Positions 16,619 to 28,294 of a stretch of 64,000 nucleotides of DNA are shown here, piece by piece. Positions within the stretch are counted from its first letter, which is position 1. Each line of letters opens with the position of its first letter. Origin of the DNA: Myxococcota bacterium (GTDB lineage Bacteria; Myxococcota_A; UBA796; UBA2385); NCBI GenBank assembly GCA_044344255.1, contig JBIJDH010000009.1:64001-128000 (forward strand). Direction: 5' to 3'. Both the position numbers and the translations under genes were made by a program. A model generated the notes under the pieces. The model was not told the DNA's origin. It saw only the letters and a list, made by a program, of their open reading frames with translations, and searched no databases.

Positions 16619-19600
16619 GTGGTGTCTCGTCGCTACCGGCGGGTGGGCTCGAGTCCGCGCCCATCGATACATATGCCCGTGGTGGCCCAGGACCGAGTGT
16701 TGGGCGGGATGGTGGTGCTCAAGATGGCCCCCTCCCGCGGCGCAGAGGCTGCGGAGCTCAGCCGCGAGGGTGGGCAGCTCGCCTCGCTCGCGCACCCGCG
16801 CCTCATCCAGCTGATCGATCGCTTCGAGGAGCAGGAGGGGGCCGGTGAGGACGGGCCGGTCACCGGCTTCGCGAGCCGGTGGGTGGACGGACAGACTCTG
16901 GTGGAGGGGCTGGCGGGAACAGGCCTCGGAGAGCGACTCTCCGCCTTCGGTCAGCTGCTGGACGTCGTGGCCTACCTGCACCGGCGTCGCTGCCTACACC
17001 TCGACCTGAAGCCCGACAACATTTTGCTCTCCTCCGAGGGCGTCACGCTGCTCGACCTCGGCTCGGCGCGCCCCCTCGACAGCGGGCCTGGAGAGGCCGG
17101 CGGCACCCTCGGCTACGCCTCTCCGGAGGTGCTGCTGGGACAGGCCGCCTCGGTGGCAGCGGACATCTTCAGCCTCGGCGCCATCCTCTACGAGCTCCTC
17201 ACCGATCGGCGCGCCTTCCTGGACGACCAGGGGGGTGACCTGCGTCGAGCCGTCCTGGCGGGAGAGTTCTTCCCCCCACGCACCCTCCAGCCCAGCATCC
17301 CGCTCGGCCTGGCCCACCTCGTCGAGGGCCTGCTCGCACCAGAACCCGCGCGCCGACCCGCCAGCGTGCTGGAGGTGGTGGAGCGGCTCCACCGCTTGGG
17401 TCACCCCGTCGTCCTCCAAGGGGGCTCTCCCCCGCTCGTCGGGAGGGCAGCGGAGATCGTCACGCTGAACGAGCGGCTCAACGCGCGAGAGGGCGGCGTC
17501 CTCCGGGTGGTCGGCGAGCCTGGAGTCGGGCGGGGCCGGCTGATTCGCCACGCGCTCTCCCACCACGTCGGCCCCTCCGCGCGGCGCTGCATCGATCTCA
17601 GCCAAGCCGCTGACCCGCTGCGGGCGATCGATGGGCTCTGCTGGACCGTCGGCGCCAACCTGCCGCCGCCGATCGGCTGCACGGCCTGGCAGAGCCTCGC
17701 GGAGCGGTCGCTGCGAGGCGGCGCGCTGCCGCCCATCGCCGCCTTCATGGGACACCGGGAGTCCACGCCCGTTGACCAGCTCCGGGTGATCGACGCCCTG
17801 ACACCGGCCCTCGTCCATGCCGGCGCGCTGGTGATCTGGGCCAGCGCAGCGGCGGACCCCGACCGCCCGTCGCTGCACCTGCCGCCCCTCAACCGGGAGA
17901 GCGTCGCGGAGCTGTCGCGGTTCTACTCGGTCGTCTCGGGGTCGCAGGTCGGGGAGCTGTTGGAGCGGACCGGCGGGATCCCGGGTGCGCTGCTCCGCCT
18001 CCTCTCCCCGACCGCCCACGCCGCCGATGCCCGGGAGCCCTCGAGCCAAGAAGGTGCGCTCGACTGGATCGTCCGCCTCCCGCCAGGCCTACCGGCGCCC
18101 CTGGTCTCGGCCATGCCGGGGCCGATGCGGGAGGGCGTACAGCGACTCCTGGACCGCGGAGCGCTGCGGCTGGCACATGACGGCCGACTGTATGTCGACG
18201 GTCCTCCGATCGCGCTGGCCCCGGACGACGCCGTCGAACGGCAGCTCCGAGAGCTCCTGCTCGCCGCGGATCCCTCCGGCGATCCGCTCTGGTTCGGCGT
18301 CGCGGCGGCCCGATTGGGTCTCTTCGACCTCGCCGCCGCGCTCTACGACCGTGGCGCCGAGCTCGCCGCGCCCCGCAGGTCCACGCTGCTCGAGCTGACG
18401 GAGCGCCTCGCCGCCTCGGGCCATCGCGCGGCCGTGTCCCCGCTGGCCCGGATGAGAGAAGAGGACGGCGGCCTGAGCGCGGCCATCACCTTGCTCCATC
18501 GACTCGAAGACCGCAGCGAGGCGGAGGAGATCGCGCTCATCCGCGTGCTCCGCCGCGCGAAGCGGGGAGGGGAGGCGGAGGCCCTGGCCCGCGCCGCCGT
18601 TCAGCGGACCGCCCGGGCCGAGCTCTGGATCGAGGTGGCGGAGTGCTGCGTGCTCCGCGGCGATGTCGCCGAGGCCTCCTTCGCCGTGTCCGAAGCCGAA
18701 GCGCTCGGACCGCCGGCCCCAGAGCTGCCGTTGCTGTCGATTCGACTGTCCATCCTCTTGATCCGGGTGAACAGCGGACAGCGGCCCGAAGAGATCGACG
18801 CGCTCCTCCGCAAGGTCGAGTCGCTGGCCACCGAGCTCCCCTCCGTGAGCCTCTCCACCGCGAGCCGGATCTGCGACCGGAGCGGGCAGCTCCAGCGCGC
18901 CGCCGGCCTGATGGAGCTCGCCGTCCGTCGCGCCGACGCCGAGGGGGACGCGAAGCGGGCCGCTGGCTACCGAAACAATCACGGCAACACCTTGCAGAGG
19001 CTGGGCCAGGGCGCGCGGGCCCGCGCGGCCTACGCCGACGCCGAGACCCGCGCCGAGCACCTCGGCGCTGAAGACCTCATCCTGCCGATTCGATACTCGA
19101 TCGCGGACCTCGAGCTGCGCTCGAACCACCTCCCCGCCGCGCAGATCGCCGTCGACAGCTTTCAAACTCGAGCGAACGTGGCGAAGTCTCCGGAGGCCCG
19201 CCTCCGGGCGGCCGAGCTCCGCGGTCGCCTCTTATTGGCGCAAGGCCACCCTGAGGAGGCCCTCACGGCCTTCAGCACGATGGACAGCGCCCGCCTCTCC
19301 GAAGACCTGCGGGTGTCGCGGGCGGTGGGGATGGCGAAGGCGCTGTTGGCCCTCCAGCGCTTCGAGGATGTGCAGAGCGTCCTCGAGGGGGTGAGCGGCT
19401 CCCGGGTGTCCACCGTTCAGGCGCTCGTGCAGACGCTACAAGCCCGCTCCTGGCTCGGCCTCGCTCGGCGCACCTTGGAGGCCGCCCGCCGCGCCGTCCC
19501 CGAGGCCCCCGACTCGATGGAGAAGCCCGACATGGGCGAGGTCTTGCTCGCGGCCGCCGGCGAAGACCTCGACGCCTCTACCTTCGCCGCGCGCCGCGCC

Positions 19601-21229
19601 GATCTCGGGCGCGCCGCGGTCCTCCTCCGGGGGACGACCCGCGCCGCCTCCGCCGCGACCCTCCGCGATCGGCTGCTGGAGGGCCCGGGCGCCAATCTGG
19701 AGGGCATCGTGACCCTCACCGAGGCCATGAACGATCCCCAGGCCTTCCCCTCGGCGCTCGCCCGCATCGTCGGCGAGGCCCTCGGCGCCTACCGTGTGCT
19801 CATCATGGTCCGCATCCCTGGCCTTGGGAACCAGATGAAGTACAATGAACTGTCCGGTCAGGAGGCCGCAGGGATCGGACGAGAGGTGCTGAAGCGGATC
19901 CAGAAGCCCAACGACACTTGGCTCGCCCACGATGCATTTGGGGACATCGAGCTCCGCAGAAGCTCACAGACGGTGCGCACCTTCGAGCTCAAGAGCCTGC
20001 TCGCCGTGGCGATCCCCCAAGGAGAGGCCTCGATCGGCGCGCTGTACGTGGACGATCTTCATCGGACCAACCGCTTCACCGACGCCGACGTACTGCTCAT
20101 GCGGCGCCTCGCCGCGGCGGTCGGCAAGGTCATCCCGCTGCTCAACCTGCGCCCCGCCGAGCCCGGCGCCGGCCGGCCCGTCGAGGTCTGCGGCGCCTTA
20201 TTCGGGAGCGCGCGCCAGGCCGAGTCGATGAGCGACGTCATCAACCTGATCGAGGGATCCTCCCAGTCGAACGTGCTGATCAGCGGCCCCACCGGCGCCG
20301 GCAAGACCGAGCTGGCCCGTCGGCTCGCCACGCAGGTGCTCGGCAAGAAGGGGGTCAAGCACGTCGTGCTCTTCGACAACGACGCCGAGAAGCTGAAGAC
20401 CCTCCTGGCCGGAACCCGTCCCGGCGAATTCTCGGGGTCGCTCCAGCGCGTGGGGGCGATCGAGCAGTGCCTGGCCTCGGGACAGGCACTCTTCCTCGAC
20501 GAGCTCCAGAACCTCGGCGACGCCGGACAACAGGTGCTGCTCCCCCTGCTGGAGCTGCCGAATCGACACTTCAGCGGCCTGTCCACCGCCTCCGAGCGCT
20601 TGAGCGGACCGCTCCAGGTCATCCTCGGGACCAACGCCGACGTCTCGAAGGGCCGGTGGAAGAAGGTCTTTCGAGAGGACCTCTGGTACCGCATGGGCCA
20701 GCACCACATCGCCCTGTCGCCGATCGCCGACCGTGGGGCCGAGGTGGTCTTTCAATATCTCGCCAAGATGCTCAAGGAGCTCTGTGGGCGGACCCCGGAG
20801 GACATCATCGAGACCCCGGCCCTGCACCGCGTCACCTCCTGGTCCTGGCCAGGGAACCTCCGTCAGCTCCGCAGCTTCGCCGAGACGGTGTCGCAACACT
20901 GGAAGCGACACCACAGCCCGATCACCCCCGAGCTGCTCCCTCGGCTCGGCATGCGCGACGACGAGTCCGAGGCAGAGACGGAGCGCGCCGACTCCATCCG
21001 CCTCGACCAGCACTCCATCCAGCACGTGATGCGGGTGCTCGAGTCTTGCGGGTGGACCCAGGTGAAGGCCGCGCGGCTGCTCGACATCAACCCTCCGCAC
21101 CTCAACAAGATGCTGGAGCGGGCCGGGCTGAAGGACTTCGTCAAGGAGCAACGCACCATCGCCCAACAGCAGCCCCGGGCGGCGAGCGCCGCAGTGGGCA
21201 CGGCCGCACCACGAAGGCCGGTGGGGTAG
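16619..21229 (+). CDS. Giant Ser/Thr kinase - degenerate P-loop - TPR-like - GAF - sigma54 activator AAA+ - Fis HTH protein
   Basis: [29 protein letters not shown]; helical repeats; GALYVDD (GAF); [30 protein letters not shown]-terminal HTH. Confidence 0.9.
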   Translation: MVSRRYRRVGSSPRPSIHMPVVAQDRVLGGMVVLKMAPSRGAEAAELSREGGQLASLAHPRLIQLIDRFEEQEGAGEDGPVTGFASRWVDGQTLVEGLAGTGLGERLSAFGQLLDVVAYLHRRRCLHLDLKPDNILLSSEGVTLLDLGSARPLDSGPGEAGGTLGYASPEVLLGQAASVAADIFSLGAILYELLTDRRAFLDDQGGDLRRAVLAGEFFPPRTLQPSIPLGLAHLVEGLLAPEPARRPASVLEVVERLHRLGHPVVLQGGSPPLVGRAAEIVTLNERLNAREGGVLRVVGEPGVGRGRLIRHALSHHVGPSARRCIDLSQAADPLRAIDGLCWTVGANLPPPIGCTAWQSLAERSLRGGALPPIAAFMGHRESTPVDQLRVIDALTPALVHAGALVIWASAAADPDRPSLHLPPLNRESVAELSRFYSVVSGSQVGELLERTGGIPGALLRLLSPTAHAADAREPSSQEGALDWIVRLPPGLPAPLVSAMPGPMREGVQRLLDRGALRLAHDGRLYVDGPPIALAPDDAVERQLRELLLAADPSGDPLWFGVAAARLGLFDLAAALYDRGAELAAPRRSTLLELTERLAASGHRAAVSPLARMREEDGGLSAAITLLHRLEDRSEAEEIALIRVLRRAKRGGEAEALARAAVQRTARAELWIEVAECCVLRGDVAEASFAVSEAEALGPPAPELPLLSIRLSILLIRVNSGQRPEEIDALLRKVESLATELPSVSLSTASRICDRSGQLQRAAGLMELAVRRADAEGDAKRAAGYRNNHGNTLQRLGQGARARAAYADAETRAEHLGAEDLILPIRYSIADLELRSNHLPAAQIAVDSFQTRANVAKSPEARLRAAELRGRLLLAQGHPEEALTAFSTMDSARLSEDLRVSRAVGMAKALLALQRFEDVQSVLEGVSGSRVSTVQALVQTLQARSWLGLARRTLEAARRAVPEAPDSMEKPDMGEVLLAAAGEDLDASTFAARRADLGRAAVLLRGTTRAASAATLRDRLLEGPGANLEGIVTLTEAMNDPQAFPSALARIVGEALGAYRVLIMVRIPGLGNQMKYNELSGQEAAGIGREVLKRIQKPNDTWLAHDAFGDIELRRSSQTVRTFELKSLLAVAIPQGEASIGALYVDDLHRTNRFTDADVLLMRRLAAAVGKVIPLLNLRPAEPGAGRPVEVCGALFGSARQAESMSDVINLIEGSSQSNVLISGPTGAGKTELARRLATQVLGKKGVKHVVLFDNDAEKLKTLLAGTRPGEFSGSLQRVGAIEQCLASGQALFLDELQNLGDAGQQVLLPLLELPNRHFSGLSTASERLSGPLQVILGTNADVSKGRWKKVFREDLWYRMGQHHIALSPIADRGAEVVFQYLAKMLKELCGRTPEDIIETPALHRVTSWSWPGNLRQLRSFAETVSQHWKRHHSPITPELLPRLGMRDDESEAETERADSIRLDQHSIQHVMRVLESCGWTQVKAARLLDINPPHLNKMLERAGLKDFVKEQRTIAQQQPRAASAAVGTAAPRRPVG

Positions 21230-21252
21230 GATGGCCCCTCCCCGAGGGTGTG

Positions 21253-22233
<981 letters not shown>

Positions 22234-22304
22234 GCGGTCCCCGCGGCGGCCTGCCTGACGACCGACCTTCCTGGGGATAGGATCCCACCCTCCCGAGGTG
22301 GCCG

Positions 22305-23381
22305 ATGCGAGACGCCCTCCCCCCCATCCGACCGAGCGGGCGCCACATCGCGGCCTCCTTCGTCCTGTTCGTCTTCGGCTGCGGCGGCGGGGAGTACGGC
22401 GAGCTCCCGAAGGGGGGTGACGGCGGGGGGGATGGCGCCGGGTTGCCCGCCTTCGCCCTGACCGGCGCCCAGCCCGACCACGGGCCGGAGGCCGGCGGAA
22501 CGGCGGTCACCCTCAGCGGCAGCGGCTTCACGTCGTCCACGGAGGTCACGGTCGGCGGCGCCCCCTGCGCCTCGCTGACCATCCTCTCCTCGGTCGAGAT
22601 CGCCTGCACCACCCCCGCTGGGGCGGCCGGCGCGGCCAACCTGCAAGCGAGCCGCCCCGAGGACGGCGCGCTCAGCTCGGTGGCCTTCACGTATGAGTCC
22701 GGCGGCACGGACGGGACCGACGGGAGCACGGACGGCGGCACCGATGGCACCGACGGAGGATCCGACGGCGGCACCGATGGGACCGACGGTGGGACCGACG
22801 GGACCGACGGCGGGACGGACAGCGGCACCGGCGGAGGCACGGACGGCGGCACCGACAGCGGCACCGGCGGAGGCACGGACGGCGGCACCGACAGCGGCAC
22901 GGATGGAGGCACGGATGGAGGCACCGGCGGCGACACGGGCGTCATCGTCACCCCCGTCGACTACTGCCACATCCAGTACCCGTGCACGATGACCAGCACC
23001 GCCGGGGCGGCGTCCTCCGTGGTCTACGTCTGGGTCTACCAGGGCGGGATCACCGTCGGCGCCGGGCAGGGTGCCGGGGTCTCCGTCGAGGTGGGCGTGG
23101 GCCCCGACGCCTCCGACCCCTCCGCGGGCGGCTGGACATGGAGCATCGGCGGCTACAACGGCGACAAGGACGGCCTCACCGCTGGCGACCTGTCGAATGA
23201 CGAGTACCAGGGCTCCTTCACCACCCCCGCCACCCTCGGCAGCTACGATTACTGCGGCCGGGTCTCGGCAGACGGCGGCGCCAGCTGGACGTACTGCGAC
23301 AGCGGGGGCTCGAGCTGCGGCGGGAGCGGGAGCGACGACGGATACAGCGCCGCCAACGCCGGGCAGCTCTCGGTGAACTGA
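22305..23381 (+). CDS. IPT/TIG-domain lipoprotein with GGTD-repeat linker and Cys-containing C-terminal domain
   Basis: Lipobox VFGC; PDHGPEAGGTAVTLSGSGF (TIG); long G/T/D repeat. Confidence 0.78.
   Translation: MRDALPPIRPSGRHIAASFVLFVFGCGGGEYGELPKGGDGGGDGAGLPAFALTGAQPDHGPEAGGTAVTLSGSGFTSSTEVTVGGAPCASLTILSSVEIACTTPAGAAGAANLQASRPEDGALSSVAFTYESGGTDGTDGSTDGGTDGTDGGSDGGTDGTDGGTDGTDGGTDSGTGGGTDGGTDSGTGGGTDGGTDSGTDGGTDGGTGGDTGVIVTPVDYCHIQYPCTMTSTAGAASSVVYVWVYQGGITVGAGQGAGVSVEVGVGPDASDPSAGGWTWSIGGYNGDKDGLTAGDLSNDEYQGSFTTPATLGSYDYCGRVSADGGASWTYCDSGGSSCGGSGSDDGYSAANAGQLSVN
22700..22938 (+). repeat. Coding tandem repeat (GGTD linker) containing a perfect 36-nt unit
   Basis: gacagcggcaccggcggaggcacggacggcggcacc at 22818 and 22854, partial copy at 22890. 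Confidence 0.85.
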
Positions 23382-23501
23382 GCCTCGGACGCGCCGCGGC
23401 CGGTGCCCCGATCACGGTCCATCGGCCCCCTCGAAGCTCCCTGAAGTAAGTTGAAGGAAAGAGCGCGCCGGCCGTCGGTCTGGGACACCCGGAGCGCGCC
23501 G

Positions 23502-24098
23502 ATGCTGTTTCTTGCTGCTCTATTCTCCGCTTCGTCCCCCTTCTCCGCGATGGTCTCCTCGGTCGCCCGCGCCGACGACACGCTCTCCGCCGAGGCCAGC
23601 GTCCTGGCCCTGACGAGCGGCGGCGTCGCCCCGGGGGCCGCGCTCCGCTTCAGGCCCGACGCCACCTTCTTTCAGGTGGAGGGGCGCGCCCTCGGCGACC
23701 AACGGTGGACGGGCCGCCTCACCCTTGGGGTCGATCTCTTCCCCTCCCTCGACGCCTTCGACCTGAGCGCCGGTGCCTGGGGCGGCCTCCGATCGGCCGA
23801 GGCGGATCCCGCCTCCAGCGGCAATGGCGCCCCCGACCTGACCACACCGAGCGGCCCGCCCCGCCTCCAAGCCGGCCTCGAGCTGAGCGTCCTCGGTCGG
23901 CTGGGGCCGGTCGGCGCTGGGGCCCGCCACGCAGAGGGCATCCTGGTGCTCGACCAGACGCGGGTCAGCGAAGACGAGCTCCGCCTCGGCTGGACCGCGG
24001 TGCGCACGGTCGAGCTCTTCGGCGCGTACAGCCGCCTGGCCTCGGAGGGGGAGGCGGTGGTCCACGGTGTCGGCGCTGGCTGCGCGATCCGCTTCTGA
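23502..24098 (+). CDS. Hypothetical secreted protein, possibly a small outer-membrane beta-barrel
   Basis: Signal peptide ARA-D, alternating beta-strand pattern, C-terminal Phe (AIRF). Confidence 0.55.
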   Translation: MLFLAALFSASSPFSAMVSSVARADDTLSAEASVLALTSGGVAPGAALRFRPDATFFQVEGRALGDQRWTGRLTLGVDLFPSLDAFDLSAGAWGGLRSAEADPASSGNGAPDLTTPSGPPRLQAGLELSVLGRLGPVGAGARHAEGILVLDQTRVSEDELRLGWTAVRTVELFGAYSRLASEGEAVVHGVGAGCAIRF

Positions 24099-24204
24099 GC
24101 CGGTCGTGGGTCGAGCCGGTGGCGTGTCGATCCGGTGAGAGGCCGCCCGCTCGCGCCCGCCGACCGCCGCCGCCTCGTTAGGGGGCGGCCCCCTTGGAGG
24201 TCTT

Positions 24205-25527
24205 ATGGCCCGCGTCCTGATGGGTCGGCTCGATCGCGCACTCGTCGTCGAGAACCCCGACTCCACCCTCGATGAGCACCTGCTCGCGGAGGGCTTCACC
24301 TCCGTACGCCGTCACCCCGGCGGCGCGCCCACCGAGGCGGAGCTCATCGACCTCTTGCGAGAGTCCGGTGCGCATGTCTTGTTCAAGCGCAGCCAGGTGC
24401 CCGTCACCCGCCGGGTGATCGAGGCCAGCCCCGGGCTCTTCGCGGTTCAGCTCTGCTGCATCGGCGACGACTCGGTCGACAAGCAGGCGGCCGCCGACCA
24501 CGGCGTGCTGGTCTTCAACGATCCGGTGAGCAACGGTCGCAGCGTCGTAGAGCTGGCGATCGGCCACCTCATCGCCCTCTCGCGCCGCCTCTACGAGACG
24601 GACACGCTCACCCGCAAGGGCGGCTGGGACAAATCGGCGAAGGAGCGGTACGAAATTCAAGGGAAGGTGCTCGGCATCCTCGGCCTCGGCAACATCGGCC
24701 GCGCCGTCGCCCGGGCCGCCGAGGCGCTGGGGATGAAGATCCGCTTCCACGACAACCGGGAGGTCGCTCAAGAGGTGGGCGTGGAATTCGGCTGGGAGTC
24801 CGCCCCCTCGATCGCGGAGCTCTTCCGCGGCTCGGACTGTGTGACCGTCCACCCCTCCGCCCGCGACACCATGGACCGCTCGAACCGGAGCCTGCTCACG
24901 CGAGACGTCCTCGAGCAGCTCGGGGCAGATCGCCCCGCCGCCTCTCCCCGGATCTTCCTCAACCTCGCCCGTGGCTTCTTGCACAGCGCCGACGATCTGC
25001 TCGCCGCCGTGAAGAGCGGGGCGATCCGGCGCGCCGCCGTCGATGTCTACCCCGAGGAGCCGCGCGGCGACGAACCCTGGTCGAACCCCTACGCCGCAGA
25101 GCCCCGCATCGCGGTGACGCCACACATCGGGGCCTCGACCCTCGAAGCCCAGCCCCGCATCGCTCGCCGCGTGGCGACCACCTCCCGCGCCTTCGCCCAA
25201 TTCGGGAGCGTACGCGACTGTGTCTTCGGCCCTCGGGTCCGGCTCGGGCTCGTGGAAGACGGGGCGGAGGGCAAGGTGCTGCTCGCGGTAGCCCACGGGA
25301 CGGCCCGCGGCACCAAGCGCGCCATCGACGACGCGATCTTCCAGGCGGGGGCGAGCAACCTCGCCTCTGCTCATAAGGACTTCGAGGCCCTCGGCTTCGC
25401 CTACGATCTGGCTTCGCTCGACCAGCCCCTCGATCAGGCCGAAATTGAGCGCCTCGTCGAGTCGGCCCGCAGCATCACCGGCGACACGAACGCCATCCGC
25501 AGCGTCCGTCAGATGCCGCTGGGCTGA
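24205..25527 (+). CDS. serA: D-3-phosphoglycerate dehydrogenase
   Basis: CIG...VFNDPVSNGRSVVEL, GLGNIG, NLARG, DVYPEEP, TPHIGASTLEAQ, ACT-like C-terminus. Confidence 0.82.
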   Translation: MARVLMGRLDRALVVENPDSTLDEHLLAEGFTSVRRHPGGAPTEAELIDLLRESGAHVLFKRSQVPVTRRVIEASPGLFAVQLCCIGDDSVDKQAAADHGVLVFNDPVSNGRSVVELAIGHLIALSRRLYETDTLTRKGGWDKSAKERYEIQGKVLGILGLGNIGRAVARAAEALGMKIRFHDNREVAQEVGVEFGWESAPSIAELFRGSDCVTVHPSARDTMDRSNRSLLTRDVLEQLGADRPAASPRIFLNLARGFLHSADDLLAAVKSGAIRRAAVDVYPEEPRGDEPWSNPYAAEPRIAVTPHIGASTLEAQPRIARRVATTSRAFAQFGSVRDCVFGPRVRLGLVEDGAEGKVLLAVAHGTARGTKRAIDDAIFQAGASNLASAHKDFEALGFAYDLASLDQPLDQAEIERLVESARSITGDTNAIRSVRQMPLG

Positions 25528-25588
25528 ACCTCGCGCGGCTCGGCGGGGCAGAGGGGGGTAGGCTCTATGCGCCCGCGTTGGAGCTCCC

Positions 25589-27613
25589 GTGCCCGCCCTC
25601 CCCGCCCCGTCGTGTGATGCCGGTTCGACCCCGAAGACCACCGTGCCCGTGGCCTGTCCGCTGGACTGCCCGGATCGCTGCGCGATGGACGCCGTGGTGT
25701 CCGATGGCCGGCTCCTCCAGCTCAAGGGCAGCCGCCGGAGCCGCTGGACCGGCGGCTACATCTGCAAGAAGGTGCAGGACTGGCCAGCCCGCGTCCACGG
25801 CGCCGACCGCGTCCTGCACCCGGCGCGGCGTGTGGGGCCCAAGGGGCCGGGCGCGCGCTTTGAGCCCATCAGCTGGTCGGAGGCCCTCGACACGCTCGCC
25901 GGTCGGATGGGCGCGCTCGTCGAGCAGGACAGGGGAGGGGCCATCCAGCCGGTCTGGTATGGGGGCTCGAACGGCCTCATCACGGGCGGCGCGATGGACC
26001 AGCGCTTCTGGGCTCGTATCGGCGCCCGGGGGCTGGAGCGCACCCTCTGCGCCGCCAACACCGCCGCCGCGGTCGCCCGTGTCTGGCCTGGATTACCCTC
26101 CGCCAGCCAGGAGGACGTGGAGCTCGCCACGACGGCGGTGGTCTGGGGCTTCAACCCGCACGCCAGCGGGATCCACCTCGTCGAGCGCCTGAACGCCCTG
26201 AAGGCGCGCGGCGGCGCCGTCGTGGTCGTCGATCCCCGCGCGATCCCCTCGGTCCGTGGCGCGCTCCACCTGCCGCTGCTCCCCGGCACCGACTTCGCCC
26301 TGGCGATGTCCCTCTTGCACATTGCGCTGCGGGACGGCTTCGTAGACTGGGGCTGGCTCCGCGCACAGGTAGACGGCGCCGAGGCGGTGGCGCCCAGGGT
26401 CGAGGGCTGGACCCCCGCTCGGGCGGCGGCGATCTGCGGCGTCGAAGCCGGCCTCATCGAGGAGATGGCGCGAATCTACCGGGCCGGCGCCCCCTCCTTC
26501 ATCCGCTGTGGCTGGGGCCCGGAGCGGAACCAGCGCGGGGTGCTCGCCTACGAGGCGATGCTCATGCTCCCCGCTTTCTATGGGCATCTTGGCAGGCCGG
26601 GCGGGGGCTATTCTCTCTCGACCAGCGCGGGGTACGGCATGGACAAGGCGCTTCTGTCGGGGATCCCCAACCCGCGCCCCGCTCCGCCTCGCCCGACGAA
26701 CCTCTCCCGCCTCGCGGATGCGCTAGCGACGGAGGACGATCCGCGCCTGGAGCTCGTCTACGTCTATAACTGCAACCCGGTCGCGACCGTCCCCGACCAG
26801 GTGAGCCTCGTCCGGGAGCTCCGCCAGCCCGACCGTTTCGTCGTCGTACACGAGCAGGTCTGGACCGACACCACCGACGAGGCGGACCTCGTGCTGCCCG
26901 CTACCACCTTCGTGGAGCATGCCGATCTGTCGCGCTCGTATGGGGGCTACACGCTCCACTGGTCCGTGCCAGCGATACCGCCGGTGGGCGAGGCCCGGAG
27001 CAACCACGCCGTCTTTCAGGCCTTGGCCGAGCGCCTCGGCTTCGGCGACGAGCCCGCCTTTCGCGACTCCGAGGCCGACATCGCCGCCCGCGTCATTACG
27101 GCGGCCTTCGGCGCCGAGACCTGGGCCACGCTCCAATCCACCGGGACCGTCGACCTCCCGCGGAAGATCCAGCTCCAGGATGTCTTCCCCAGCCGGCGCC
27201 CCGACTGGTCGGGGCTGCTGGAGGAGGCCACCGCGCCAACCCGCGACCGTGAGCGAGCGTTACACCTGATCTCTCCCGCTTGTACGGCCGCGATCAGCTC
27301 TACGGGCTTCGAGCGGCAGCCGGCCGGCTCCGGTCGCCTCTCCCTGTCGCCCGGCGACGCCGCCCGCCTCGGCGTCCGCTCTGGTGACCCTGTCCGCGTC
27401 ACGAGCTCGCTCGGTGAGGTCGACATCATCGCCACGATCGATCTCGCCCACCGCGACGGCGTGGCCGCCATCCCCAAGGGCCTCTGGCGAAAGCACAGCC
27501 TGAACGGGTGGACGGCCAACGCGCTCGCCCCCGCCGAGGTGGACGCGCGTGGGGGTGGCGCCTGCTACAACGACGCCCGGGTCGACGTCCGTCGCCTGAG
27601 CCGCACCCCCTGA
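25589..27613 (+). CDS. Molybdopterin-dependent oxidoreductase (DMSO reductase superfamily)
   Basis: CPLDCPDRC...ICKK Fe-S motif, [25 protein letters not shown]-terminal molybdopterin-binding domain. Confidence 0.9.
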   Translation: MPALPAPSCDAGSTPKTTVPVACPLDCPDRCAMDAVVSDGRLLQLKGSRRSRWTGGYICKKVQDWPARVHGADRVLHPARRVGPKGPGARFEPISWSEALDTLAGRMGALVEQDRGGAIQPVWYGGSNGLITGGAMDQRFWARIGARGLERTLCAANTAAAVARVWPGLPSASQEDVELATTAVVWGFNPHASGIHLVERLNALKARGGAVVVVDPRAIPSVRGALHLPLLPGTDFALAMSLLHIALRDGFVDWGWLRAQVDGAEAVAPRVEGWTPARAAAICGVEAGLIEEMARIYRAGAPSFIRCGWGPERNQRGVLAYEAMLMLPAFYGHLGRPGGGYSLSTSAGYGMDKALLSGIPNPRPAPPRPTNLSRLADALATEDDPRLELVYVYNCNPVATVPDQVSLVRELRQPDRFVVVHEQVWTDTTDEADLVLPATTFVEHADLSRSYGGYTLHWSVPAIPPVGEARSNHAVFQALAERLGFGDEPAFRDSEADIAARVITAAFGAETWATLQSTGTVDLPRKIQLQDVFPSRRPDWSGLLEEATAPTRDRERALHLISPACTAAISSTGFERQPAGSGRLSLSPGDAARLGVRSGDPVRVTSSLGEVDIIATIDLAHRDGVAAIPKGLWRKHSLNGWTANALAPAEVDARGGGACYNDARVDVRRLSRTP

Positions 27614-27623
27614 CGAGGTCTCC

Positions 27624-28268
27624 ATGCGCTGGCCCTTCTCCTCTCTCGACAAGACCACGCTCGTCTCCGCCGCGGACGCCCTGCCGGGGCGCGGGCAGCC
27701 GATGCCGGTCCGCGGACATCACCCCGTCCTCGGCCTGCCCCTCGACTCCACTCCGCCGGGGACGGAGATCCTTCTGCTCGCCATGGGCTGCTTCTGGGGG
27801 GCCGAGCGGAAGATGTGGCAGGTGCCGGGCGTGAAGCTGACCGCTGTGGGCTACGCCGGCGGCCACACGCCCAACCCGACCTATGCAGAGGTGTGCTCCG
27901 GTCGAACCGGCCACACCGAGGTGGTCCGGGTGGCCCTCGAGCCGACCGCCCTCGACCGGGTGCTGCGCGCGTTCTGGGAGGGACATGATCCCACACAGGG
28001 GATGCGACAGGGAAATGACGTCGGCACCCAGTACCGCAGCGCGATCTACGCGCCCAACCCGAGCTGGCTGGACCAGGCGACCCGCTCCCGAGACGCTTAT
28101 CAGGAGCGCCTCCGCTCGCAGGGCTTTGCGCCGATCAGCACCGAGCTGGCCGCCGATCGTGTCTTCTACTTCGCCGAGGATGAGCACCAGCAGTACCTGT
28201 ACAAGAACCCAGGTGGCTACTGCGGCCTCGGCGGCACGGGCGTCTCCTGCCCGGAGGGCCTCGGCTGA
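27624..28268 (+). CDS. msrA: Peptide methionine sulfoxide reductase A
   Basis: [45 protein letters not shown]. Confidence 0.97.
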   Translation: MRWPFSSLDKTTLVSAADALPGRGQPMPVRGHHPVLGLPLDSTPPGTEILLLAMGCFWGAERKMWQVPGVKLTAVGYAGGHTPNPTYAEVCSGRTGHTEVVRVALEPTALDRVLRAFWEGHDPTQGMRQGNDVGTQYRSAIYAPNPSWLDQATRSRDAYQERLRSQGFAPISTELAADRVFYFAEDEHQQYLYKNPGGYCGLGGTGVSCPEGLG

Positions 28269-28294
28269 GGCCCTCCGCTCCGGTGCTGCGCCTC

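Noticed and set aside
19918..21252. Long N-terminal extension of the ABC ATPase ORF overlapping the bEBP gene
   Set aside because: Off-frame Arg/Pro-rich translation, no slippery site seen, and a good ATG with SD exists at 21253.
22700..22938. Tandem repeats as a possible CRISPR array
   Set aside because: No unique spacers, unit lengths are multiples of 3 within a CDS, and there are no cas genes; the same applies to 41061-41184.
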